A stretch of DNA of 64,000 nucleotides from an uncultured Nitrososphaerota archaeon. Its GTDB lineage: Archaea > Thermoproteota > Nitrososphaeria > Nitrososphaerales > CADDZS01. The stretch's first letter is position 1. Every line of letters begins with the position of its first letter. Location of the stretch: NCBI GenBank assembly GCA_963799845.1, contig CAWCYI010000006.1, positions 544,001 to 608,000 of the forward strand. Reading direction: 5' to 3'. This document shows, in pieces, positions 49,152-60,054 of the stretch. The translations under genes and the position numbers were made by a program. The notes beneath the pieces were generated by a model. The model saw only the letters and a list, made by a program, of their open reading frames with translations. It had not been told where the DNA came from and did no database searches.

Positions 49152-50624
49152 CTATCGGAAGTCCGCCGGGTGAATTGGAAAGAACAGGATAAAGAATAGG
49201 ATAGCTGCCCCTAGCCAGAGTCCAGCGAGCAACCTTTGCAATTTTATCGAATCGGGAGAAATGAAGGTGATGACCATTGGTATACCCAGCGCGAGCGCCG
49301 GATCAGTATTTACGAAATAAAAAGCGTACACGACCCTATGGTACACTCCAGATAGGATGAGGTTCGGCCCGTAAGTGCCTACAATCAAGGCTAGAATAAG
49401 AGCGTCAAGCTGGGTCGCCATGCGCCTGATTGCTTTGAAAATAATTACAGGCACAATAATCCAGATGGAGTACCAAATCACAAGGTTCCCAATACCCTGC
49501 CAGTCAATTGGATGAAGCTGGATCGTGCTCAAGACAGTTCCGTTCGCAGCAGTGGTTGTCACAGTAACCGTTGTCACGTAATACTGCGAGGGGTTGACAT
49601 CCAGCGGAAGGATCCAGTACCAAGCAAGATGATCCCACGGATCCTGCAGATCGCTCTGAGATATGACAAGCGAAGTATGGTAGCTGTAGTAGTATTCAAA
49701 GTTCTGCCAGAAGTAGTTAACGTAATCACTGTGTGAATTTGAGGTCGTTGTAGTCGTAACTGTTTGTCCGCTCGTCTGGTTTACGATGAGCACTGTCCCC
49801 ACAGTCGAAATTGTACTTTCATAGGGATGATACACGGCGTCGTAGATTTGAAGCGGTATACCGACAACTGCAATGAGTATTATGATGAACACGATTAGCG
49901 CCTTTAGCGAGCTTGATGAAAGCAGTTTTTCCTTGGGGATACGTCTTGTTGCCCAAGCATGATAGAAGAACAACGCGGCTACGAAATAAATGCCCCATTC
50001 CTTGCTGAGTATTGAAAGCCCGAACGCGAACGCAGCAACGTAGTAGTGTTTCTTGAAGTAAGCCAAAAACCCAATCATAGCGAACAGAATCGGTGGGCCC
50101 TCGAGCAAAAGTAGTGACGTATGGATGAAAAACAGCGTCTCAAACCCGAGCATCGAGGCTGCGAGAAGAGCTTTCTCTTTCGAGAAGAAGACGAGCGCCA
50201 GCTCGTAGAGAGCCCAGACTGCCGCCACGCCGATCAGGACATAGAATATCCGCCATCCAAAGAAATCATTACCGAAGAGATAGATTCCCAAAGCGCCCCA
50301 AATTTTTCCAAAGAACGGGTGTTCCAAATTGCTTGGGACTAGGTGTAGTAGATCATTTGCTGCAGGTACATAGTATGCCTCGTCGAAAACATACTGATCG
50401 TTTCCGTTCGGGAACGACATTGCAAAGAGATGCAGACCTAGCAAGATTAGCAGCAGGTGCCCGATATTGAATGCGGAAAGAACTCTACTGAAGAACGCAG
50501 CAATTTGAATTCGAATTTGCTCGTACCAAGGGAGAGGGGACTTTTCGGGAACATGTTCAACAACATTCTCAGTATGATCGTTTTGCCCGCTGGCGGGAGC
50601 TTCTACTTTTTCAGATTCGCTCAT
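49152..50624 (-). CDS. GT-C glycosyltransferase (PMT/GT39-like)
   Basis: Motifs YVFDEAYY, NLEHP and FGWRI; polytopic. Confidence 0.85.
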   Translation of the reverse strand: MSESEKVEAPASGQNDHTENVVEHVPEKSPLPWYEQIRIQIAAFFSRVLSAFNIGHLLLILLGLHLFAMSFPNGNDQYVFDEAYYVPAANDLLHLVPSNLEHPFFGKIWGALGIYLFGNDFFGWRIFYVLIGVAAVWALYELALVFFSKEKALLAASMLGFETLFFIHTSLLLLEGPPILFAMIGFLAYFKKHYYVAAFAFGLSILSKEWGIYFVAALFFYHAWATRRIPKEKLLSSSSLKALIVFIIILIAVVGIPLQIYDAVYHPYESTISTVGTVLIVNQTSGQTVTTTTTSNSHSDYVNYFWQNFEYYYSYHTSLVISQSDLQDPWDHLAWYWILPLDVNPSQYYVTTVTVTTTAANGTVLSTIQLHPIDWQGIGNLVIWYSIWIIVPVIIFKAIRRMATQLDALILALIVGTYGPNLILSGVYHRVVYAFYFVNTDPALALGIPMVITFISPDSIKLQRLLAGLWLGAAILFFILFFPIHPADFR

Positions 50625-50636
50625 TGTAATCCGTTC

Positions 50637-51807
50637 TCAATCGTTCGGGTTTTTTTTCGAAAAACCGAGTATGCCTATTATTACGGCCAAGTAAATCTGT
50701 CGCAACAGAGCAAAAGCTTGAGGTACACTGGGCAATGTATTGCTGTTCGAAAACGCGAACCAGAACAATATTATTCCTGCATTAGAGAGCTCGAAGAGAT
50801 AGAAGAGCGAGAGAGGAATCATTGGGACCAGCGCGAAGAGCGGGAGCAAATCGAGGTTCATTTGTGGCGTGGCAATGTACGAGAAAAGAATGAAAACGCC
50901 GAGAACCATGAAAGCTCTAACTAAGAGTGGTTTGCCCCGGAAGAATACGTAGACGGCGAGAGCAGCGCCTCCCAGCAATACGTAGCTCGATATCCTTTGC
51001 AAACCCCCAATCGTTCTGGTTGTTGAAGATCCACACAAGAAAACTATCCTCCAGCCCCCAGTTTTTCAAGAAAGTATAACCCTGAAGCCATGTACTAAAA
51101 TTCAGTATCATGAATGGTACGTTCAGAGCACCGACCACCGCTCCCATTACAGCGGAATAAGTTATCCTCCCTTTTCGCGTCGGAATTTCCTGCCAGAACA
51201 ACGGGAGAAGGAGGGCGGGCGAGAGTTTGGTTGCAACGGCCAGTCCAAGCGAGAGCGCACTCAAGTTCGGCTTGGATCTCGCGATGAAGAAATATAGCGA
51301 GGCAACCACGAAAAAGGTTTGAACGATATCAAAGTTGTAAGCGCCGTACAAAAGAAGTGAGGGCGTGAAAACAGAGAATAACAGCTGCTTGTTTCTGCTT
51401 TGGCCGAGGTATCCAATGAATTGGTAAACAAAGTGAGAAATGAGAACCGTGAACAGTAGTAAAATTCCGAACTCCACTATCGCGAAAATGTCAATGTTCC
51501 CACCGCTTGCCCATCCTCCCAGCCACAAGATCAATCCGCAAACGGGCGGATATTCGAACATGTAGGTCACATACGGTATTCCAACGACAACTTCCCTGAG
51601 CCCCGTCGATGTGGTCCTGCCCCAGAATGAGCCCAGAAAATCGCTATAATATTGGGGCGAATTGTTGATCGGAAAATGTATCAGAATGCTCATCAAGAAA
51701 AATACACCAGTGGCGAGCATCACAGTAGTGTATTGGGAATCGTTCAAGAGATCTTTGAGCTTGGCCGGAACCCAATCCTTCTTCGAACTGTCGAATTCGC
51801 TTCTCAT
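50637..51807 (-). CDS. GT-C glycosyltransferase (GT87-like; frameshift near 50988)
   Basis: Motifs YYSD, PY..FEYPP, NFD, ATKLSP and PQ. Removing one base joins the two ORFs. Confidence 0.8.
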
Positions 51808-52059
51808 GAAAGTTAATCTCTCAGCCCGGGCAACCTCAATTGGGGAAACCTGGTACTTTTTCAGAACAGCGATTCTCGGGATATATTAAATTCTAAAGCA
51901 AAGAACAGGTCAAAAACACAGTTACATTTTTCATAATGTCGTTAGAATTATTCTGCGGTCTTTTCTTTGTGGTTTCCACAATGAACTTGTGAAATATTAG
52001 TTGATAACACAAAGCTAATTTAGTCGCTGGAAGCGTTGTGAAACTTCTAGACTCACATT

Positions 52060-52623
52060 TTGCAGACCCGAGTAACTATCTCTTCATCGCGGTCTATCGC
52101 GATAATCGGCCTCTTCTCAGCGCTTTACATTGTAACTTCTGGTCTGACTTCTTTCGTTACTCAGGTCGGATACCCGGAGCATTTTCTCCGCGGCATACTG
52201 ATGACCGCGGTAATTTTACGAACAGGCAGAAAATGGAGCGCGACCATGATGGGAGTGGTATGTGGCCTGGTTTTCGCCTTGGTGGTACCCGCGCCCGCTC
52301 CCTATCTTCTTCCATCCACGATATTTTCTGGTCTCGTTTTCGATCTAGCGTTGATCATTGGTTCAAAGTACGCCGAAGCATCAAAGTCGCAGACTCGATT
52401 GCTGGTAGGAGCCGGTCTAAGCGGCCTTGGAGAATCAGTCGTAGCATTAACCATACTAACTGTCTACGCGCCCGGCTACCTCGGTAAATCTTTCAACGCG
52501 CTGACAATCGCATGGTCGGCCGATGTTGTGCTAAACATTGTTTTGAGTGTTATTGGGGCTTTTCTTGCTTTCAGATACCTCTCGGGAAGGCCTTTGCCAA
52601 AGCAAAATGAACTGACTAACTAG
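52060..52623 (+). CDS. Membrane protein, ECF S-component-like
   Basis: IAIIGLFSAL start and 6 TM segments. Confidence 0.65.
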   Translation: MQTRVTISSSRSIAIIGLFSALYIVTSGLTSFVTQVGYPEHFLRGILMTAVILRTGRKWSATMMGVVCGLVFALVVPAPAPYLLPSTIFSGLVFDLALIIGSKYAEASKSQTRLLVGAGLSGLGESVVALTILTVYAPGYLGKSFNALTIAWSADVVLNIVLSVIGAFLAFRYLSGRPLPKQNELTN

Positions 52624-52655
52624 TTTACGGCCTGAATTTGAGTGGAAGACTTCTC

Positions 52656-53360
52656 CTAGATAACGAAAAATGCAAACTGAATAATCGAGAATACTGTCAA
52701 TCCAACTAATACGACGAGCGTGAAAAATTCCGTCATCTGACTAGATTTGCTGGTCTCGGAATAATCTGCAATTTTCAGTTTCAGGCTTTGATAAAGCATG
52801 GGACCAGCAGCGAAACCACCGATCGCCCCACCCAAGTGCGCTACATAATTCACATCCGAAATCAGGAAGCTGCTTCCAACGAAAATCAAGAGAAAAAATG
52901 CCAGGGTCGAAATTTCTATCTTCCGGTCTTTTGCCCAGGAGTACGAGAATGCTGCGGCAATTAGCCCGAAAATCCCTCCGGAAGCGCCTGCGCTCGCGTA
53001 ATTCGGTCCCTGTAATAATGTAAGTAAATTCCCCAAAAATGCCGTTGAAAAAAATATCAGAAAATATCTTGACTTGTTAAGAGCGTCGTCCGTCAAACGA
53101 TCAAAGATCAGAACGGCAATTATGTTAAAGCCGGCATCAAGTGGGGAATCAGTCACCAGTATGGAAGTAAGAAGTTGGTAATACTGATGAAGGTATACGA
53201 CGATGCTGTTGTTTTGAGCGAGAAAATACGTGGCATTATCGCAAATCGAAGGAAGTGATCGCGGACAAACCGTAAACAGATCTCCCAAGAGCCCGATCAA
53301 GAAACCGAGAAGTATCAGTCCAGCCAGCAGCCAAGCGGGTCGAATACTTTGCCCGCGCAA
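52656..53360 (-). CDS. Rhomboid family intramembrane serine protease
   Basis: Motifs YQLLTS, GASGG and AHLGG. Confidence 0.9.
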   Translation of the reverse strand: MRGQSIRPAWLLAGLILLGFLIGLLGDLFTVCPRSLPSICDNATYFLAQNNSIVVYLHQYYQLLTSILVTDSPLDAGFNIIAVLIFDRLTDDALNKSRYFLIFFSTAFLGNLLTLLQGPNYASAGASGGIFGLIAAAFSYSWAKDRKIEISTLAFFLLIFVGSSFLISDVNYVAHLGGAIGGFAAGPMLYQSLKLKIADYSETSKSSQMTEFFTLVVLVGLTVFSIIQFAFFVI

Positions 53361-53425
53361 TTTGATCCAGTCCCCCGTAGCAAAGGAGTATGCCCTAAAG
53401 GGCGACTCGGGACGGTAGCAAAAAT

Positions 53426-53794
53426 CTATTTTCTTGCCTTTTTCGTCGGGGGTTGTTCAGCGAGCAGTTCCAAAATAGAATCGCCGAGGCTAGATGTTCC
53501 CTCAGGATCGGTTGAGACAAGTAGCACGTGTTCGTCATCGAGGTTGAACGTGTAGATATGGACGAGTTCTCTCTTGTCCAAAATGTATCTTCTTCGTCCG
53601 AGGTATTTGTTCCAGTCATTCCCTGACCTGTGCATCGTCGTCCATTGAAGATACAACTGCTCTCCCTTGGATGCCGGCTCCAAAGACTTTGTTTCTGACC
53701 TCATGCCGCCCTTGATCATCTTTCCGTCAGGGCCGATGATGGCAGCGAATCTGACGGAAGGATTCTGACGGAGAACGTCTTCGATATTCGGCAT
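53426..53794 (-). CDS. Roadblock/profilin-like protein (DUF6659-like)
   Basis: VRFAAIIGPDGKMIKGGMR pattern; start placed at the ATG at 53794. Confidence 0.7.
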   Translation of the reverse strand: MPNIEDVLRQNPSVRFAAIIGPDGKMIKGGMRSETKSLEPASKGEQLYLQWTTMHRSGNDWNKYLGRRRYILDKRELVHIYTFNLDDEHVLLVSTDPEGTSSLGDSILELLAEQPPTKKARK

Positions 53795-53875
53795 CCAGTG
53801 ACAAAAGTAATTTTTCGGGTATAAAAAATAGTCCCGGCTAGTATTTATTGTCCCGTTCTTCAAATAGTAGTCCCT

Positions 53876-54964
53876 TAGGAGTTACGCGGTTGACCCAAGA
53901 AGATAGATTGGGTGTGCAATGTCACTCCTTATCGCATCTCTGACGATTCTCGCCTTCGCTTCGTACCAGCTTATCCCGGTCATCAATCTGCACAATTCTA
54001 GACGTATGAACGCCCTTATTGACATGTGGATGTGATTCAGAATGGATGTCGCCTTCCTGACCTGAGCCCTCTCAATGCCACAACACTGCTTGACTCCTCT
54101 GTGGTACTCCTCGATTCCCCATCCTTGGTCAGAGAGTTCATCTCTCTTTTCCTCATTCATCCCAACGTCATCGGTAGCCCAGTGTTCAATGTCTCCTTTC
54201 TTGGAGGCTGTCCTGAACACCCTGACCATTCCGAATCCCATGAGATGAACCGTGGTTCCCTCAGGCGGGATCTCCACGTCCTTGATTGGTTTGTTTCCTT
54301 TTTTTCTGCCCGTTGGATTGACGAGCCTGTTCTCCTTGAGGCGGCAGAAGAAATGCCACCCGAGCTCCCTTGCGATGAGCTTCAGATTTTCCATGCTCGA
54401 GTACCAGCTGTCAAAGAGGACGTATTTTGGTTCCATCCCTCTCTGCTTTGCAACCAACAACATGTCCTGGAAGTGATCGTTCTTGGTGAGACCGTCTTTT
54501 GACGCATTGTAGAGTCTAAAGTCACATGGAATGAGGGCGTTACCATCGCTCCATAGTGTTGTGATGAGATTTATCCCCTTCACCACACTGTGGTGTTTTC
54601 CGCTCCAGTGGTACGTGACGTAATCCATCTTCTCCGCGTACGGTTTGTCCAGAGTTGAATCATCGACTATCAGTACTCCTCCCGCAGTAACGGCGATGAT
54701 CCTCTTCGCCTCATCCCAGAGCGCTTCTGTATCCGCAGGCAGTCTCTCCAGAAGGCGGGTGAAGCTATCGTGTGCTGGCGGCGTGACTCCTGCATCATCA
54801 TCAGGCTGACATCTAGCAGCTTCGGTGCAAGCGAATGATTTCTGGGATGCTATCAGGAAGTCTATGTAGTCATTGTCATCGCATTTTGGAGGGTTCATGC
54901 AGCGTCTGATGAACCAGAGAAACAATCCTGGCCAAATTCTTTTCGGCCAAATGCGTAACTCCTA
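53876..54964 (-). mobile_element. IS701-family insertion sequence (1089 bp, 12-bp IR TAGGAGTTACGC, 5-bp TSD TCCCT)
   Basis: IRs at 53876-87 and 54953-64; TCCCT at 53871-75 and 54965-69. Confidence 0.92.
53882..54898 (-). CDS. IS701-family transposase
   Basis: Motifs IVDDSTLDKPY, FDSWY and WGIEEYHRGVKQ. Confidence 0.92.
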   Translation of the reverse strand: MNPPKCDDNDYIDFLIASQKSFACTEAARCQPDDDAGVTPPAHDSFTRLLERLPADTEALWDEAKRIIAVTAGGVLIVDDSTLDKPYAEKMDYVTYHWSGKHHSVVKGINLITTLWSDGNALIPCDFRLYNASKDGLTKNDHFQDMLLVAKQRGMEPKYVLFDSWYSSMENLKLIARELGWHFFCRLKENRLVNPTGRKKGNKPIKDVEIPPEGTTVHLMGFGMVRVFRTASKKGDIEHWATDDVGMNEEKRDELSDQGWGIEEYHRGVKQCCGIERAQVRKATSILNHIHMSIRAFIRLELCRLMTGISWYEAKARIVRDAIRSDIAHPIYLLGSTA

Positions 54965-55337
54965 TCCCTATTGATTCTTATATAGAATTTTTTTTCTGCG
55001 TTTCACGTGCGGGCGTAGCTTTTGACTCGTTTGAAAGCTATCATGTACAGAGGGCAATACTGAGCTTGGAAATAGCTGAACCGGTTTCGGGAGGAAGTCT
55101 GAAAACAGTACTTTGGAACTGCAAAAACAGGTCTAGAAAACGAGTTCAATAATCGGAAGGATGATAGCAGTGATAGCAAACTGCTTTTCCATCCACTAGT
55201 GTAAAACTGGGACACGTGTAGCGGGGCCCTTTTTTGAAAACATAAGGAATCACCAGTTTGCATATACCGCAAACAAGTTTATCTTGCTGGATCTTTTCTG
55301 AGAGTTCTTCTTCCATTTTTTCATCTCATGCATATTG

Positions 55338-55826
55338 TTACTCGAGTTGGAGCGTGACAGAATCAGATTCGACAATCGCACCGGTTTTCTTTTTTGATTG
55401 TCGATTTTCCTCGATGGACATTATTCTTGATGGCGACTTGATAACAATCTTGCCTGAGTTATCTATAGAGACTGACACACTGCGCTTGAGAAATATCGAG
55501 AAAGACGCATGGTCGAGAGTAGTTGTAAAATACGTGACTGAGCCGTCTTTATCGACCTCAATCCTACCCCCGTTGTATTTTGCCTCAAAGATCTCTCCCG
55601 ACATCGGGTGGTAAATCTCAATTGTTAACCGCTGGTTATCTGTATTTGACGAATCAATCTTTCCAGATTTGATATCAAAATTCAAAACAGGCATCGTCCC
55701 GTCCGCCACGAACTGATATTTTTTCGATTCGAGATATTGCCGGCCATCCTTCTCACGGGGATCAACTTTATTCATGGTTCGGGGTGTTCTCGCACTGTCA
55801 GTATAAATCGATTCACGCGCTTCCAA
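55338..55826 (-). CDS. Hypothetical protein
   Basis: 162-aa beta-rich ORF; no recognised family. Confidence 0.5.
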   Translation of the reverse strand: MEARESIYTDSARTPRTMNKVDPREKDGRQYLESKKYQFVADGTMPVLNFDIKSGKIDSSNTDNQRLTIEIYHPMSGEIFEAKYNGGRIEVDKDGSVTYFTTTLDHASFSIFLKRSVSVSIDNSGKIVIKSPSRIMSIEENRQSKKKTGAIVESDSVTLQLE

Positions 55827-56047
55827 GATAAATTTCCTGCTCGGACTGAACTACTTCAGAGTAAATTCTCAGTTTGAACCGAGCGTCTTCTGTTTTTGCC
55901 TCGAAGAAAGATGAACGAAACTATAAGGCCACCACGGAGACAATCGAATTTGAAAAAAACAGAAATTGGGGTGTGTTGAAAACATACTTTTGAGACCGCG
56001 TTCTTACAACAACTCTTATTATTTTTTGAGAAATAAACGTAAACAAA

Positions 56048-57040
56048 ATGAGACTTGTCACATTTGAGGAACCACATTACAATAGAGATCGCTTAGGTCT
56101 CTGGATAGGATCGGATGATGTAGTCGATCTTAACTTCGCTTATGCAAGAATGCTCCAAGACGAGGGGGAGGATTATCCACAACCTTTTGCTGACGCCTTC
56201 ACGCCTCCGAATCTTACCCGTCTTCTCGAAGGCGGAAAAAAATCAATGGACGGGGCGAGGTCGACCCTCAAATTTGTTGAAGACTTGGGAGTCTCAACGA
56301 TTTCTGGTCCAAAAGGAGAGGAAGCCCAGTTCAAATTCTCCGCGATAAGAATTCTGGCTCCAATTCCGCATCCCGGAAAAATCATTCACACGGCAGGTAA
56401 TTTCCGGGAACATGCCAGAGAAGGATCTGATTCTGGTTGGGAGTTTCCAATGCCACACTGGATTTCTTTCCTCAAAAGTCCCTCCACCGTGATCGGACAC
56501 GAAGGAAAAGTGATTCATCCAAAATACACGAAGATGCTGGATCATGAGATCGAGCTCGCAATAATCATCGGGAAGAAATCGAAGCACCTGACGAAGGAAT
56601 CCGCTTGGGATGCTATCGCCGGTTTTACGGTTTTCAACGACATTACGGCAAGGGACATTCAAAGAGAGGAAATGAAGTCCGGTCTATTGAATTTCGGGAA
56701 GAACCTGGATACCTTCGGACTCTTTGGCCCATGTTTTGTGCCAAAAGAGGACATTGGCGATGTCCACAAGCTCAAGATCGAGTGCAGAGTCAACGGCGAT
56801 CCCCGTCAGGTCAGCAATACCGACCATCTATCGGTTACGGTTCCAGAGATAGTCGAGCATTATTCGTGGGTGACACTTTACCCCGGAGACATCATTACGA
56901 CCGGGACTGTTTCAGGTGTCGCTGCATTTCGGAAAGACCCTGAGAAGTTCTTCCTAAAACCGGGAGATGTTCTCGAATCTGAAATTGAGAACATTGGGAT
57001 ACTGAGAAATTACATTGTTGAAGAAGATGGGACCTTCTAG
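56048..57040 (+). CDS. Fumarylacetoacetate hydrolase family protein
   Basis: Motifs GNFREH, DHEIEL, NDITARD and PGDIITTGT. Confidence 0.92.
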   Translation: MRLVTFEEPHYNRDRLGLWIGSDDVVDLNFAYARMLQDEGEDYPQPFADAFTPPNLTRLLEGGKKSMDGARSTLKFVEDLGVSTISGPKGEEAQFKFSAIRILAPIPHPGKIIHTAGNFREHAREGSDSGWEFPMPHWISFLKSPSTVIGHEGKVIHPKYTKMLDHEIELAIIIGKKSKHLTKESAWDAIAGFTVFNDITARDIQREEMKSGLLNFGKNLDTFGLFGPCFVPKEDIGDVHKLKIECRVNGDPRQVSNTDHLSVTVPEIVEHYSWVTLYPGDIITTGTVSGVAAFRKDPEKFFLKPGDVLESEIENIGILRNYIVEEDGTF

Positions 57041-57176
57041 TGCCAAACTCTCACAAGTAATTTCACTTAGACATCTCTACTTTTCAGTTTTGAAACTAGC
57101 CATCAGCCATTGCAGAATGACTTGATCTTTAAAGATCTAACACTAAAGTAGCCATTCCACTTCGAGACACCAAATC

Positions 57177-58766
57177 ATGAAATCCAAAAAACCACTGAAG
57201 AGGGCGAGAACGTCCAAGAGCCCGGTCATTCTCGTCATTCTTGATGGCTGGGGCATTGCTCCTCCTGGCCGATTCAACGCGGTAAGTTTGGCAAAGAAGC
57301 CGAATTTCGATTTAATTTCCAGAGAATACGGGGTGGCTGAGATCTGCGCATCAGGAAAGTGCGTCGGGTTAACTGAGGGTCAAATGGGAAACTCCGAGGT
57401 CGGACATCTGACCATCGGCGCGGGCAGGATAATTTTCCAGGATCTCATGAGGGTATTCGACGAGATTAATTCTGGCCGACTGGCAAAAAATCGTAAACTA
57501 GTGGGTGCCCTGGCGAGTTTGAAGAGACGAAAAGGTACTTTGCATTTTCTCGGCCTTCTTTCTAATGGAGGGGTACACAGTCACATCGATCATCTTTTCG
57601 CTCTCCTCAAAATTGCCCGAGAAAAGGGTATCGAGAAAATTGTGGTTCATGCTTTCCTCGATGGAAGAGACACTCCTCCAAGAAGTGGAATTGACCAATT
57701 GGCTGCGTTGTCTAGTTATCTCTCCGATTTCAAGGATGCATACGTCGGATCAATCAGCGGGAGATACTACGCCATGGATCGAGATAACCGCTGGGAGAGA
57801 ACGAAGCTCGCTTACGACGCCATAGTCTATGGAGATGGAGAAAAGTTTGAAGACCCAACTGATTCAGTCAGGCAGTCGTATCAAAGAGGCGAGAATGACG
57901 AATTCGTCATTCCGAAAGTGAACTCTCGCTACAAAGGCGTAAGCGATGGAGACCTGATAATTTTCTTTAACTTCAGGCCCGATCGAGCCAGGCAGCTTAC
58001 CAAAGCTCTGTCGATGACCAAAACGGAGTTTGGAAATCTGTTTGAGCGAAGCGAGGCAAAACGTCCTAAAGTTGAGCTTGTCACGATGACTGTCTACGAC
58101 GAGAAGCTAAAGGGACCAAAGGCGTTGCTCGGGCGCGAACTAGTTCGACATACTCTGAGCGATGTGCTCGAAAAAGAAAACTTGCGCCAACTGAGAATTG
58201 CCGAGACGGAGAAATACGCGCACGTGACTTATTTCTTCAACGGGCTGGTCGAAAAACCTAGACGTTTTGAGGAGAGAATCATGATACCATCACAGAAAGT
58301 CGAGACCTATGACAAGAGCCCCGCTATGAGCGCCAGGGAGATAGCGGATCGCGCTGTAGATGAGATCAAAACTTCGAGATATGGTTTCACTCTGGTCAAT
58401 TTTGCGAATGCCGACATGGTTGGGCATTCCGGAATGGTCGAGCCGACAGTAAAGGGAGTCGAAATTGTGGACGAGTGTCTCGGCAGGTTATTGCAAGCGT
58501 GGAAGACACAGAACGATGCTTCGACGCTTTTGATAACTGCCGATCATGGCAACGCAGAAAAAATGTTTGATGAGCGAACAGGTCAGCCCCACACAGCCCA
58601 CACTTCAAATCCAGTGCCATTGATAGTTGTCTCAAAAAAGTGGAAGCTACTTCCCAAAAATGATTACCAGGCGGGGTTGCGAGACATAGCGCCGTCAATT
58701 TTGAAAATCATGGGAATTCTTAGCCCCCGGGTAATGACAGGGGTCCCATTGGTGCGATATGACTAG
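57177..58766 (+). CDS. gpmI: 2,3-bisphosphoglycerate-independent phosphoglycerate mutase
   Basis: Motifs ILDGWG, MGNSEVGH, GRYYAMDRD, AETEKYAHVT and TADHGN. Confidence 0.96.
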   Translation: MKSKKPLKRARTSKSPVILVILDGWGIAPPGRFNAVSLAKKPNFDLISREYGVAEICASGKCVGLTEGQMGNSEVGHLTIGAGRIIFQDLMRVFDEINSGRLAKNRKLVGALASLKRRKGTLHFLGLLSNGGVHSHIDHLFALLKIAREKGIEKIVVHAFLDGRDTPPRSGIDQLAALSSYLSDFKDAYVGSISGRYYAMDRDNRWERTKLAYDAIVYGDGEKFEDPTDSVRQSYQRGENDEFVIPKVNSRYKGVSDGDLIIFFNFRPDRARQLTKALSMTKTEFGNLFERSEAKRPKVELVTMTVYDEKLKGPKALLGRELVRHTLSDVLEKENLRQLRIAETEKYAHVTYFFNGLVEKPRRFEERIMIPSQKVETYDKSPAMSAREIADRAVDEIKTSRYGFTLVNFANADMVGHSGMVEPTVKGVEIVDECLGRLLQAWKTQNDASTLLITADHGNAEKMFDERTGQPHTAHTSNPVPLIVVSKKWKLLPKNDYQAGLRDIAPSILKIMGILSPRVMTGVPLVRYD

Positions 58767-58847
58767 TTTCGAAATTATCCGCGATGTATCTCAGAATTCA
58801 GCCAAAAAAAGAAGTAAGAGGTTGGTCCGAGACCAACGCTCTCATTT

Positions 58848-59909
58848 CTAGTTCTTAGATCTGAGTAGTCTTCCGACTTTTCCTGGTTGCTCCGCAAGGA
58901 AGGTGCTCTCAACGCCGGTCAAAACGACCATGACGCGGACTTTTCCCTGCAGGCTTGGATCAACTCTTGCCCCCCAAACCACTCGTGCTTTCGGAGGCAG
59001 TGATCTCGTTATCATTTCCCCTGCTTGTGTGACTTCGTCCAAAGTGATGTCGTCTCCTCCCGATACGTGGATCAGAACACCGAATGCCTTGGTAGAGTCT
59101 TTGATGTCCAAGAGCTGAGCGTCGAGGGCTGACTGGACTGCGCGCTCAATTCTGTCGTCTCCAGATGATTCGCCCACTCCCATGGCCGCGATTCCTCTCT
59201 TTTCCATTATAGCCCTCAAGTCTGCAAAATCGATGTTGATCAAACTTGCTGTGGTGATGGTCTCAGTAATTCCTTTGACAAACTCGCCGACGAGCTCGTT
59301 TGCAACTCCGAGTGCTTCTTTCAACGGAAGGTCTCCGGCTACCTTTGCAAGCTTGTTGTTGTCAATCACAACGACGGTGTCGCATTGGGCTTTTAATTTC
59401 TCAAGACCGGTCTTTGCGCTGTTGTAACGGAATCTTTCAACGGCGAACGGAAGTGTTACTACGCCGATCATCAACGCGCCTGATGGTCTGATTGCGTTTG
59501 CGATGACCCACGAGGCTCCAGTTCCGGTGCCCCCTCCGAGTCCAGTCGCGACATAAACGATGTTAGAACCGGTGGTGTCCTTCTTTATCTGTTCGATGGA
59601 TTCCCTGGCAGCTTGCTCTCCGCGCTCTGGATAACCTCCGGCACCCATTCCTCTGGTGCTTTTTTCGCCGAGTAGGATTCTTCGATCGGCCTTCACGATG
59701 CTGAGGTGCGTCGCGTCAGTGTTCGCAGCTATTAGTTTAGCTCCCGACACTCCGCCCTTTTTCTCCTTGACCCAGGAAACAATGTTGCAGCCGGCTCCTC
59801 CAACTCCGATTACGGAGACCTGAGGCCTCGCGGCGCGCATTATTGCTTCGATTTTCTCTGATTCTAGCATTTCATCCATTTTGGACTGCGTATCATTATC
59901 GTACGACAA
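58848..59909 (-). CDS. ftsZ: Cell division protein FtsZ
   Basis: Motifs GVGGAG, NTD, GLGGGTGTG and LINIDFAD. Confidence 0.95.
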   Translation of the reverse strand: MSYDNDTQSKMDEMLESEKIEAIMRAARPQVSVIGVGGAGCNIVSWVKEKKGGVSGAKLIAANTDATHLSIVKADRRILLGEKSTRGMGAGGYPERGEQAARESIEQIKKDTTGSNIVYVATGLGGGTGTGASWVIANAIRPSGALMIGVVTLPFAVERFRYNSAKTGLEKLKAQCDTVVVIDNNKLAKVAGDLPLKEALGVANELVGEFVKGITETITTASLINIDFADLRAIMEKRGIAAMGVGESSGDDRIERAVQSALDAQLLDIKDSTKAFGVLIHVSGGDDITLDEVTQAGEMITRSLPPKARVVWGARVDPSLQGKVRVMVVLTGVESTFLAEQPGKVGRLLRSKN

Positions 59910-60054
59910 TATGATCGAGAAGGAAACGTGTCTCCGGCATTATACCCTTTGTGAAGCTGAAAAGAAGAAGGAACAAACGAATTTTTGTGGGTGTCATCTC
60001 CATAGTGATTATGAATCCGTACTGGTGATGTATTTTCCTGGGAGTTCCGGACGG

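Noticed and set aside
195-50990. Six split genes (amidohydrolase ~195, saccharopine dehydrogenase ~5678, SPFH ~22814, DUF998 ~26665, BCAA SBP ~43881, GT87 ~50988) as programmed frameshifts or pseudogenes
   Set aside because: Each is fixed by a single-base indel, often in a short homopolymer. The genes are unrelated and show no slippery-site consensus, so long-read assembly errors are the most parsimonious explanation.
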